From Bacteroidales bacterium (GTDB lineage: Bacteria; Bacteroidota; Bacteroidia; Bacteroidales; JAAYJT01), in the NCBI GenBank assembly GCA_014860575.1, contig JACZJK010000025.1:1692-65691 (forward strand): a DNA stretch of 64,000 nt, given 5' to 3'. The position numbers and the translations under genes are program-made. Below are positions 50,256-59,194 of this stretch, piece after piece. The first letter of the stretch is position 1; every line of letters starts with the position of its first letter. The notes below the pieces were generated by a model. The model did no database searches, was not told where the DNA came from, and was given only the letters and a program-made list of their open reading frames with translations.

Positions 50256-51638
50256 ATGAGCGAAAAATTAGACTCCAAAATCCTGATCGTTGACGACGAT
50301 GCCGATGTATTGCTGGCTGCCAAACTCTTTCTGCGCCAGCATTTTAATGTGGTTCACACAGAAAAAGTACCGGAAAATATTCCCACACTACTGAAAACTG
50401 AGAATTACGATGTCATCCTGCTCGACATGAATTTCTCACGTGATGCCACCAGCGGTAAGGAAGGTTTTTTCTGGCTAAACAAAATCCTTGAAATTGATCC
50501 GCTGGCCGTAGTTATTTTTATCACCGGATACGGAGATATTGAACTGGCGGTTCAGGGAATTAAGGAAGGAGCGACAAATTTCATACTCAAACCCTGGGAC
50601 AATAAAAAACTATTGGCCACCATCACCGCCAACCTACAGGTAAGGCACTCAAAGCAGGAAATTGACGAATTGCGTTCGAAACAAAAAATACTTCTCACTC
50701 ATCAGGATCAGGCCTATGGAAACCTTATCGGGCAATCACCATCAATGCAGAAAGTGCTTGCTACTGTTGACAAAGTTGCCAAAACCGATGCCAATGTGCT
50801 GATATTAGGCGAGAATGGAACGGGAAAAGAATTGATAGCAAGGGCAATACATCGGGCTTCAAAGCGGCTTGATGAAGTATTTATCAGTGTTGACCTGGGT
50901 GCAATAAGCGAAACCTTATTTGAGAGTGAACTTTTTGGGTTCAAAAAAGGAGCCTTTACTGATGCCAAGGAAGACCGAGCCGGAAGGTTCGAAGCAGCAA
51001 ATAAAGGAAGCATTTTTCTCGATGAGATTGGGAATCTTTCATTCCCGCTTCAATCGAAATTACTGAGCGTGATCCAGAACCGTAAGGTAGTCAGGATAGG
51101 AACCAACCGCGAAATCCCGATTGATGTCCGCTTGATCTGTGCCACCAATATGCCATTGTATCAGATGGTAAACGACGGAAAATTTCGGCAGGATCTTTTG
51201 TACCGTATTAATACCGTTGAAATTCTTTTGCCCCCGCTCCGTGAAAGAGTAGAAGACATTCCTGCTTTGTCGGATCATTTCCTGCAAATCTATTGCAAGA
51301 AATACAAAATGCCTCATAAAAGAATCAGCCCGGTAACTTTTAAACGGCTTGAAAAACACAGCTGGCCCGGTAACATCCGGGAACTGCAACATGCTATTGA
51401 AAGGGCTGTGATTATGAGTGAATCCAATATTCTTGAACCCCATGATTTTTTCCTTCCTCACATGGAAGATCCGAGTGCTGAGAGTATGCTGCCTGCCAAC
51501 ATGAACCTTGAAGAAACCGAGAAAATGCTGATCCGTAAGGTGTACGACAAGCATGGCGGCAATATTAGCAAAGCAGCCAAGGAGTTAGGCCTCACCAGGG
51601 CATCGTTGTACCGCAGAATAGAAAAATATGGTCTATAG
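50256..51638 (+). CDS. Sigma-54-dependent response regulator (NtrC family)
   Basis: 460 aa with a receiver domain (DDDADV...DVILLDMNF), an AAA+ domain (GENGTGKE, GAFTDA) and a Fis-type HTH (AAKELGLTRASLYRRIEKY). Confidence 0.92.
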   Translation: MSEKLDSKILIVDDDADVLLAAKLFLRQHFNVVHTEKVPENIPTLLKTENYDVILLDMNFSRDATSGKEGFFWLNKILEIDPLAVVIFITGYGDIELAVQGIKEGATNFILKPWDNKKLLATITANLQVRHSKQEIDELRSKQKILLTHQDQAYGNLIGQSPSMQKVLATVDKVAKTDANVLILGENGTGKELIARAIHRASKRLDEVFISVDLGAISETLFESELFGFKKGAFTDAKEDRAGRFEAANKGSIFLDEIGNLSFPLQSKLLSVIQNRKVVRIGTNREIPIDVRLICATNMPLYQMVNDGKFRQDLLYRINTVEILLPPLRERVEDIPALSDHFLQIYCKKYKMPHKRISPVTFKRLEKHSWPGNIRELQHAIERAVIMSESNILEPHDFFLPHMEDPSAESMLPANMNLEETEKMLIRKVYDKHGGNISKAAKELGLTRASLYRRIEKYGL

Positions 51639-52983
51639 AAGTTTCCGCTTTGGTGTGATCGCAAGGGTTATATTACTGGCTATTGCGATCCTGCTCACCA
51701 TATACCTGCTCAAGCTGACCAGTCACTACTTAAGCGGAATCATCATGATATTCGTTAATATCTTACTCATCTTCGAACTGATCAGGTTTGTTGAGCGAAC
51801 CAATCGTAAACTCACATTGTTTCTCGACAGCATCCGCCATTCTGACTTTGCAAGTTCTTTCAGCGATAAGGGTAAAGGCAAAAGCTTTGAAGAACTGAAC
51901 AGGGCTTTCAATGAGGTCATCCATGATTTTAAAAAAACGCGTGCCGAAAAAGAAGAACACTTCAATTATCTGCAAACTGTGGTGCAACATGTAAGCATTG
52001 GGATCATCGCCTTCCGAAAAGATGGTAAGGTTGATCTATCTAACAATGCAGCAAAAGGTCTGCTGCGCATCAACAACCTACGCCTGATCAATGATCTCGC
52101 AAAACTAAAATCAGATCTGCCGGAAATATTGCTTCACATGAAGGCTGGCGATAAACACCTCTGCAAAATCTTTGTTGAGGACGAATTGCTGCAATTATCA
52201 GTTTATGCCACCGAATTCAGGATGCGTGGTGAGGAATATGTGCTTATCTCGCTGCAAAATATAAGCGCCGAATTGGATGAGAAAGAAGTTGAATCATGGC
52301 AAAAGCTTATAAGGGTGCTGACCCATGAAATCATGAACTCTATTACGCCAATATCCTCGCTTATTTCAACCATACTGCAAATGCTTTTCAAAAATGAAGA
52401 CGGTGACCTAACATTAAATAAACTGGATCACGAGGATCGCGAGGGTTTGCTGCTTGCATTAAAAACGATTCAAAACCGTGGGCAGGGCTTGCTTAGTTTT
52501 GTGGAAATATATCGTAACCTTACAAGAATACCAAAACCAAACTTCAGGTATTTCGGGGTGAGTGAAATTATTGAGCGTGCCGAAATATTGCTGAGCCCAA
52601 AGATCGAACAACTCGGCATAAAATTTACTACCAAAATTATCCCTGCCAACTTAATGATCACTGCCGATCCAGATTTGATTGACCAGGTTATCATCAACCT
52701 GATGCTAAACGCAATGGAAGCAGTAAAAGACAATCGCGAACCAATGATCTCTATGGTTGCATACCAAAACCTGAACGGACGTATATCTATTGATGTTGTT
52801 GACAACGGTTATGGCATTAAACCTGATATCCTGGATAAAATATTCATGCCCTTTTTTACTTCCAAACGCGAAGGAAATGGCATTGGATTGAGTATTTCAC
52901 GTCAAATGATGTACCTGCACAAAGGCAATATCACGGTGAAATCGAAACCGGGTGAGGGGAGCATTTTTACGTTAACATTTTGA
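51628..52983 (+). CDS. Membrane sensor histidine kinase (partner of the NtrC-type regulator)
   Basis: 451 aa overlapping the regulator gene by 11 nt. Two N-terminal TM helices, H-box LTHEIMNSITPI and HATPase motifs DNGYGI and GNGIGLS. Confidence 0.88.
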   Translation: MVYRSFRFGVIARVILLAIAILLTIYLLKLTSHYLSGIIMIFVNILLIFELIRFVERTNRKLTLFLDSIRHSDFASSFSDKGKGKSFEELNRAFNEVIHDFKKTRAEKEEHFNYLQTVVQHVSIGIIAFRKDGKVDLSNNAAKGLLRINNLRLINDLAKLKSDLPEILLHMKAGDKHLCKIFVEDELLQLSVYATEFRMRGEEYVLISLQNISAELDEKEVESWQKLIRVLTHEIMNSITPISSLISTILQMLFKNEDGDLTLNKLDHEDREGLLLALKTIQNRGQGLLSFVEIYRNLTRIPKPNFRYFGVSEIIERAEILLSPKIEQLGIKFTTKIIPANLMITADPDLIDQVIINLMLNAMEAVKDNREPMISMVAYQNLNGRISIDVVDNGYGIKPDILDKIFMPFFTSKREGNGIGLSISRQMMYLHKGNITVKSKPGEGSIFTLTF

Positions 52984-53131
52984 AACCTGTGTGCGATACA
53001 ATGACCGACTACTATAATTGATGCCCTACAGGCATTCCAATCATCATGAACCAAATCCTTGTAAGATTAACTATAACCAAACATATATTATATTTCCCTT
53101 GTTAAGGCTATAACTTAAACTACTTAAACAA

Positions 53132-53737
53132 ATGAAAAAACCTGCTCCTGTTCAATACCAGATACACACTTTGCTTACCCATCGCTGGAGCCCACGTGCA
53201 TTTTCATCCAGGAAAATTCCTGTTGATAAAATTAAACGATTATTTGAGGCTGCACGCTGGGCACCCTCAAGTTCTAACGATCAGGAATGGAGATTTATCA
53301 TTGGGTTCAAAGAAGATGAAACCCACAAGAAAATTTTTGATACGCTTGTAGAGTTTAACCAGTTGTGGGCAGGTGAAGCTTATATGTTGGTATTGATTTG
53401 TGGCCAAACCATCAGCAAAAAAACCGATAAGCCAAGTCCTGTGTTTTCATACGACGTAGGACAAGCTGTTGCCCTGCTTAGCGTTCAGGCAACCCATGAG
53501 GAACTTTTTGTTCACCAGATGGGTGGTTTTGACAAGGACAAAGCCAGGAAATTGCTGGAACTTCCTGCTGAAATTGAACCATTAGCAGTTATGGCTATCG
53601 GTTATCCGGGAGATGCATCCAAACTTCATCCGAACCTTCAGCCTGGTGAAAAATCAGAGCGCGTTCGCAATAATTTCGATACCTTTGTGTTCACAAAAAA
53701 GTATGGAGAGCCAAGCGGGCTCTTTGATGACAAGTGA
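53132..53737 (+). CDS. Nitroreductase family protein
   Basis: 201 aa with RWSPRAFS and WAPSSSNDQEWRF motifs typical of the NADH-oxidase/nitroreductase fold. Confidence 0.85.
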   Translation: MKKPAPVQYQIHTLLTHRWSPRAFSSRKIPVDKIKRLFEAARWAPSSSNDQEWRFIIGFKEDETHKKIFDTLVEFNQLWAGEAYMLVLICGQTISKKTDKPSPVFSYDVGQAVALLSVQATHEELFVHQMGGFDKDKARKLLELPAEIEPLAVMAIGYPGDASKLHPNLQPGEKSERVRNNFDTFVFTKKYGEPSGLFDDK

Positions 53738-53750
53738 ACAGCTAAGTAAC

Positions 53751-54806
53751 ATGAACACGACACGACACAAACATAAGAATTTACGATTTGCGATTTCGGA
53801 TTTGCGATTGGGGATATACACAATAGCTTTCATCATGTTGTTTTATTCCTGTGGTGGCAGGCAACAGTCATCAGGTGTTCATACACCCAGCCTGGCTGAG
53901 AGGATCATGAAAGCCGATGTGCCATATTTTAATCCTGATTCTGCTTACCATTTTGTAAAACAACAGGTTGATTTCGGGCCGAGGGTTCCAAATACTTCTG
54001 CCCACGCAGCCTGTGCAGATTATCTTTCTCAAACCCTGGGAAGGTTCACACCCCATGTTATTGTTCAGGAAGCGCGTGTAAAAGCCTATGATGGCACGAT
54101 CCTGAACATCAAAAACATTATTGGTTCGTTTAACCCGGATACAAAAAACCGGGTTTTATTATGCGCACATTGGGACTCAAGACCATATGCTGATCACGAT
54201 CCGGATCCGGCAAATCATTATTCTCCGATTTTAGGTGCGAATGATGGAGCCAGCGGCGTGGGGGTTTTACTTGAACTGGCCAGGCAACTCTCACTGAATC
54301 CAGTAAATACAGGTGTTGACATTATCTTTTTTGATGCTGAGGATTATGGAGAGCATCAAAGCATGCAGGCACGAACAGGTGATTTTTGGGCATTGGGTTC
54401 GCAATACTGGGCCAGAAACCCACATAAACCAAATTACACAGCACGGTTCGGAATATTACTGGATATGGTAGGCGCATCAAATGCAGTGTTTACAATGGAA
54501 GGTACTTCAATGTATTACGCTCCGGACATCATGAAAAAAGTGTGGGACATTGCCCATCAAATCAGCTACGGCTCATTTTTTTCTTACCAGCGAACCAACC
54601 CGATTGTGGATGATCACACTTATGTGAATGAGATAATCCGTATTCCAACGATTGATATCATCCATTATTCAACAGATACCGAAACAGGTTTTTTCGAACA
54701 TTGGCATACCGTAAACGACAATATGGATGTGATTGATAAAAACACACTGAAGGCTGTGGGCAAAACAGTTCTCACTGTTCTTTACCTCGAGAACCAGCAA
54801 TTATAA
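53751..54806 (+). CDS. M28-fold glutaminyl-peptide cyclotransferase-like lipoprotein (type II QC) / M28 peptidase
   Basis: Trimmed to the ATG at 53751. Lipobox MLFYSC. Metal-site motifs HWDSRPYAD, DGASGVGVLLELAR and FFDAEDYG, with a layout like animal-type glutaminyl cyclases. Confidence 0.75.
   Translation: MNTTRHKHKNLRFAISDLRLGIYTIAFIMLFYSCGGRQQSSGVHTPSLAERIMKADVPYFNPDSAYHFVKQQVDFGPRVPNTSAHAACADYLSQTLGRFTPHVIVQEARVKAYDGTILNIKNIIGSFNPDTKNRVLLCAHWDSRPYADHDPDPANHYSPILGANDGASGVGVLLELARQLSLNPVNTGVDIIFFDAEDYGEHQSMQARTGDFWALGSQYWARNPHKPNYTARFGILLDMVGASNAVFTMEGTSMYYAPDIMKKVWDIAHQISYGSFFSYQRTNPIVDDHTYVNEIIRIPTIDIIHYSTDTETGFFEHWHTVNDNMDVIDKNTLKAVGKTVLTVLYLENQQL
53779..53813. repeat. Tandem heptamer array ATTTACG ATTTGCG ATTTCGG ATTTGCG ATTGGGG
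   Basis: Period-7 repeat read directly from the sequence. It lies inside the predicted signal-peptide n-region of the QC gene and is related to the array at 56199-56233. Confidence 0.8.
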
Positions 54807-56192
54807 CATTTCATTGGCTAGATTCGCCAGCTCAGAGCGTTCACCTTTTTCGAGGCGGATATGGGCGTAAATTGGATGGTATTTGATTTTATCAATCAGC
54901 ACCGAAAGGCCGTTGCTTTGCGAATCGAGATAAGGGGTATCAATCTGGTAAATATCGCCGGTGAAGATAATCTTGGTGTTTTCACCTGCCCTTGTGATAA
55001 TGGTTTTTACTTCGTGTGGTGTCAGGTTCTGGGCTTCATCAACAATAAAAAATACATTGGAAATACTACGCCCACGTATGTAAGCCAAAGGCTGGATCAG
55101 CAGTTTCTCTTTTTCTACTGATTCAGTAATACTTTTGTATTCCTTGTCCTTTTCGCCGTATTGGTTCTGAATAAACTTCAGGTTATCGTGCAGTGGCTCC
55201 ATATATGGGTTCACTTTGCTCTTAATATCACCAGGCAAGTAACCGATATCTTTGTTGCTAAGTGGTACGATAGGCCTAGAAAGGTAAACCTGCTTGAAAT
55301 TGCGCTTCTGCTCAAGCGCTGAAGCCAGTGCAAGCAAGGTTTTTCCGGTTCCGGCAACACCTTGCAGCGTAACCAGTCGAACATTGGGGTTGAGTAGCGC
55401 ATGAATAGCAAAGACCTGTTCGGCATTGCGCGGATTGATACGGTAAGCACTGCGCTTTTCAATCCTTTCCATAAGCTTGGTTACAGGGTTGTAGAATGCC
55501 AGTGCAGAATTGCGGGTGTTTTTCAGGATGTAGTAATGATTTGGGATGGGGTTGCTGACACCCACAATTTTAGGATCACATACACCATCCTGGTAAAGTG
55601 TGTCAATGGCCTCCTTATCAAGGCCTTCCAATAAGGTTTTGCCTGAATACAAGCCTTCAACGTCTTTGATTTTCCCGGTTTTGTAGTCTTCGGCGGGCAA
55701 GTTGAGCGATTTGGCTTTTAACCTGAGGTTGACGTCTTTTGTTACGAGGATAACTTTTCTTTCAGGATTTTCCTTCTGTAAAACCAGGGCAGCATTTAAA
55801 ATGCGATGATCGGGTTTGTTATCGCCAAAAACAGTTCTTGCATCAATCGGTAAATCGGCAACGGTTTCATTCATCACCACCTTGAACTTGCCCTTGTTCT
55901 CCTTACCCAATGGAATCCACTGTTGTAAGGTATGATTGGCCGACATTTTATCCATGATACGGATAAATTCCCTGGCTTCGAAATTGATGATTTCATTGCC
56001 TTTTTTGAAGTTATCCAGTTCTTCCAGAACCGTTATGGGAATGGCTATATCATTGTCCTCAAAATTATGGATTGAGCTGTGGTTGTATAAGATCACCGAT
56101 GTGTCGAGCACAAAAATCTTAGCCGATTTTTTGGTTTCGGTTACTTTTACACTGCGCGCGGTCCTGGCCTTGGTAGTTGTTTTTACAGGCAT
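54801..56192 (-). CDS. PIN-domain / PhoH-like ATPase fusion protein
   Basis: 463 aa with an N-terminal PIN-like region (FVLDTSVIL...), then the PhoH P-loop GVAGTGKT and FFIVDEAQN. Confidence 0.9.
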   Translation of the reverse strand: MPVKTTTKARTARSVKVTETKKSAKIFVLDTSVILYNHSSIHNFEDNDIAIPITVLEELDNFKKGNEIINFEAREFIRIMDKMSANHTLQQWIPLGKENKGKFKVVMNETVADLPIDARTVFGDNKPDHRILNAALVLQKENPERKVILVTKDVNLRLKAKSLNLPAEDYKTGKIKDVEGLYSGKTLLEGLDKEAIDTLYQDGVCDPKIVGVSNPIPNHYYILKNTRNSALAFYNPVTKLMERIEKRSAYRINPRNAEQVFAIHALLNPNVRLVTLQGVAGTGKTLLALASALEQKRNFKQVYLSRPIVPLSNKDIGYLPGDIKSKVNPYMEPLHDNLKFIQNQYGEKDKEYKSITESVEKEKLLIQPLAYIRGRSISNVFFIVDEAQNLTPHEVKTIITRAGENTKIIFTGDIYQIDTPYLDSQSNGLSVLIDKIKYHPIYAHIRLEKGERSELANLANEML

Positions 56193-56233
56193 TTATTTAT
56201 TTACGATTTCAGATTTACGATTTACGATTCCCC
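56193..56233. repeat. Tandem heptamer array ATTT ATTT ATTTACG ATTTCAG ATTTACG ATTTACG ATTCCCC
   Basis: Period-7 repeat directly abutting the PhoH start codon (56190-56192). Confidence 0.8.
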
Positions 56234-56287
56234 CGCCTGAATGAATGTTCATCCGGGCAGGGGGTTCGGCGTTCCGGGTTTTGGAAC

Positions 56288-56333
56288 ATCTCCCCTTCTC
56301 CCTATCTCATTTTCTCCCCTTCTCTATTACCCC
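56288..56333. repeat. CT-rich degenerate tandem repeat (TCTCCCC TTCTCCC TATCTCA ... TTCTCTA TTACCCCC)
   Basis: Low-complexity reiteration with a period of about 7-8, ending at the lipocalin stop codon. Confidence 0.6.
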
Positions 56334-56873
56334 CTACTTACAGGCTTGCACCGTACGCTGCAGCCGGCTCATATCATAACCTTCAGCAGAAAGTTTTATT
56401 GTTAGTTCTTCAAATAGTTTTTCATCCATTTCGGGTGTACGGCTCAGGATCCAAAGGTACTTTTTCCCGGAAGTTACCACCGCCCAGGAATAATCCTCTG
56501 CAAGCATAATAATATCATAATCGCCGCGGAATGGCCAGAAAAATTGTACCTTAAGTTTTGTATTATTCGATCCTTCAACCGGATAAGCCCTGCCTCTGAT
56601 TCCGGATTCTTTGCCATCAACCGCCTTACGGCGGCAGCGGTTGATGACCCTTATATAGCTTTTTTCCGTCAACTGATATTCGGCAGTAGTGCAGTGGCAG
56701 CCTTTCTGGAAAGATGCAGGAAAGGAAGCTAGCTCGTACCAAATGCCGGCATATTTTTCAAGGTCTACATTACCGACCTTGGTAGGTGTGCTTTTTGACG
56801 ACATACAGGATGAGGATAAGATTACAACTACAATAAGTGACAAACTTCTGAACATGGTGGGTATTTTTAGCAA
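56334..56873 (-). CDS. blc: Bacterial lipocalin (Blc-like) lipoprotein
   Basis: 179 aa with lipobox ILSSSC, the lipocalin motif YAGIWYELASFP and a Blc-like length. Confidence 0.85.
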   Translation of the reverse strand: MLKIPTMFRSLSLIVVVILSSSCMSSKSTPTKVGNVDLEKYAGIWYELASFPASFQKGCHCTTAEYQLTEKSYIRVINRCRRKAVDGKESGIRGRAYPVEGSNNTKLKVQFFWPFRGDYDIIMLAEDYSWAVVTSGKKYLWILSRTPEMDEKLFEELTIKLSAEGYDMSRLQRTVQACK

Positions 56874-56969
56874 AAATAAGTGAAAAGCTGATAGGGGGGA
56901 TTCTTTTTAATGACACCAGGTGCAGAAAGACAATTATTTTAATGTTGCAGAATTGACATTGCAAGATTA

Positions 56970-59054
56970 TCACACCGGCACCCCAAACACCACCCTCGTT
57001 CCTCTCGCTTCACCCTGTTCGTCTTTCAGGTCAACGATCTGCATCGTGATCTTGTGCCTGAGTTTGCGGTTTAACACGGCAATTCTATCCTGTGTAATGG
57101 CCGTGGCGAGGCTTTTGTGGTCTTTGTTGAATTGCATCCTGAGTTCATGGGCTTTCCTGCGGCCAATGCCATCGTCTTCAATAATCATTTCTATGCCGCC
57201 GTTTTTCGGTTCGAACCGGATGCTGATATGCCCTTTTTCGTCCTTGTGTTTGATACCGTGCTCGATGGCGTTCTCAATAAAAGGCTGAGCAAGCATGGGC
57301 GGGATAAAAGTGTTTTCCGTATCAAGCCGTTTATCAACAAAAAGCTGATAGTCAAACTTTTCGCGGAAGCGCACTTTCTGAAGTTCTAAATAGTTTTCTA
57401 TGGTGTTGATTTCGCGCTCAAGGGAAATTTGCTCCTCCAATGAGTTGTTCAGTATGCTGCGAACCAGTTCGGAAAAACGTGAAAGGTAGATGCTTGCATT
57501 GGTGTCGTCTTGTTTAACAATAAAATTCTGTATGCTGGCAAGGGAGTTGAAGATAAAATGAGGGTTCATCTGGGAGCGAAGGAGGCGTTGTTCGATTATA
57601 ATTTTTTCCTGCATCTCACGAATTCTTCGTTGCCTGAAAAAGAAATAGCCCAGCATCAATGTCAGTAAAAGCGCCAGGATTACACTCAGGAAGATCAGGC
57701 TGTTGTTGCGTAGTTTTGATTGTTTTAGCGCATTGTCGGTTACCAGGAGGGCAAGCTGTTGTTCAATTTTTTCAGTCTCCAGCCTGATTTGCATTTTGCG
57801 CTCTTCCACCTTTTGCGTCAGATTGGTCATCGAATCATTGTATGCCGATTTCAGCTCGCTATGCTCCAATGCTTTGGCGTAATTTCCGATTGTCTTATAC
57901 AATGTTGTGTAACGCTTATGCAAGCTCATCATTGTCCTGTAAAAACGCTGAATGATCTCTTCATCGTTGATGTTAAACAAGTATTGATAACCAGAATAAA
58001 CGATTGGTTTTTTACTGCCATCTTCAACACTCCTTAACTGGTTTACAAATTCTACGGCATGAGATTGTGCAATGTTGTACCAATAAAGCGCAGAATCATA
58101 TTGTTTAAGACTGAAATTGACAAATCCCAGAGCGCGGGCGTCTATAACAGAGCTGTACAATGATCCGGATTGTTTATGTTCATCATAGGAAACCCTGAGC
58201 AACTCCAGCGCCTCAGTAAATCTATCCTTTTTATACATCAATAATCCGATAGCAAATTCATCACCAATGTGCTGGCCAAAGTCCTTGTTTTTATTGACAG
58301 GGTAGTAACTTCGGGCGGCGTAGGTGTATTTCAATGCAGAATCATATTCTGCTGCAAATGCATATGTTTCAGCCAATGATGAGACAGCATTATGGTTCAA
58401 TTCGTAAGGGAAATTGTGTTGCCGGCTTAATTCGATGTACTTCTGATAATACCTTACCGCGCTATCAAACTTCTTTGCTTCGCGGGCAGTGCCGCCTGCA
58501 TAGGTATAGATTAAGGCTTCTTCGATTGGCGAAACAATACTCCTCTCTTCAGATTGTGAATTGCTGAGTATTACCATCATTAAATCATAGTATTTGAAGC
58601 TTAAAATGTAATCTTCTATGTCGTAGTTTAGTTTGCCGATGTCGCAATAAAGTTCCAACATTCGTCTCCGGTCGTTTCTCTTCTCGGCAATTTCGAGCGC
58701 CTTGTGCAGGTGAATCAAAGCCTCACGGTAATTACACTGCAGTGCATAAGCATTGCCGAAGTTTCGCAGGGCATACCTTCTTTCATCTTCATCATTAAAT
58801 TTATCTGCAAGTTGAAGCGCCCGCTCAGCATAAAACAGCGCTGAATCGGGTGTGGACAGGGCGTGATAAAATGCAAGCTGGTTCCAGGCCTTCATCCTTT
58901 GATGATCGTCGGCATTGATCAGTTTGGGATAAATGGTATCGGAAGAATGGCCCAGCATTTTAACCGATAACTGGGCATGCAACTGACAGAAGCCAAAAAT
59001 AAGAGCGGCCAGCAAGGCCAAACCAAAATAGGTTGTTTTTGTATTAAGCAACAT
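56970..59054 (-). CDS. Sensor histidine kinase, LytS/His_kinase type, with a large extracytoplasmic TPR sensor domain (paralog 1)
   Basis: 694 aa. N-terminal signal/TM ending LHA/Q, ~420 aa of TPR-like repeats, a coiled coil, a TM helix (LIFLSVILALLLTLMLGYFFF), the LRSQMNPHFIFNSL H-box region and an HATPase domain (NAIEHG, DDGIG). Confidence 0.88.
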   Translation of the reverse strand: MLLNTKTTYFGLALLAALIFGFCQLHAQLSVKMLGHSSDTIYPKLINADDHQRMKAWNQLAFYHALSTPDSALFYAERALQLADKFNDEDERRYALRNFGNAYALQCNYREALIHLHKALEIAEKRNDRRRMLELYCDIGKLNYDIEDYILSFKYYDLMMVILSNSQSEERSIVSPIEEALIYTYAGGTAREAKKFDSAVRYYQKYIELSRQHNFPYELNHNAVSSLAETYAFAAEYDSALKYTYAARSYYPVNKNKDFGQHIGDEFAIGLLMYKKDRFTEALELLRVSYDEHKQSGSLYSSVIDARALGFVNFSLKQYDSALYWYNIAQSHAVEFVNQLRSVEDGSKKPIVYSGYQYLFNINDEEIIQRFYRTMMSLHKRYTTLYKTIGNYAKALEHSELKSAYNDSMTNLTQKVEERKMQIRLETEKIEQQLALLVTDNALKQSKLRNNSLIFLSVILALLLTLMLGYFFFRQRRIREMQEKIIIEQRLLRSQMNPHFIFNSLASIQNFIVKQDDTNASIYLSRFSELVRSILNNSLEEQISLEREINTIENYLELQKVRFREKFDYQLFVDKRLDTENTFIPPMLAQPFIENAIEHGIKHKDEKGHISIRFEPKNGGIEMIIEDDGIGRRKAHELRMQFNKDHKSLATAITQDRIAVLNRKLRHKITMQIVDLKDEQGEARGTRVVFGVPV

Positions 59055-59107
59055 CTGTTGTTTTAGGTCTACAATCTCCGCTAGCAGCGGGCTTGGATCC
59101 TTTAATT

Positions 59108-59194
59108 ATTTCTGATTTCGGATTGCCGATTACCTAATACCGAATACCGATTACAATCTCCCAATCCCGTCTTCGGACTTCATACTTCCACTCC
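59108..59194. repeat. Degenerate tandem heptamer array between the two kinase paralogs
   Basis: ATTTCTG ATTTCGG ATTGCCG ATTACCT AATACCG AATACCG ATTACA ATCTCCC AATCCCG TCTTCGG ACTTCAT ACTTCCA. It shares the 14-mer CGTCTTCGGACTTC (59168-59181) with 61352-61365. Confidence 0.8.

Noticed and set aside
56230-56264. GC-rich hairpin CCCCCGCC...GGGCAGGGGG as the lipocalin terminator.
   Set aside because: The stem is imperfect (bulged) and there is no U-tract on the minus strand. It is mentioned under findings but not called as a terminator.
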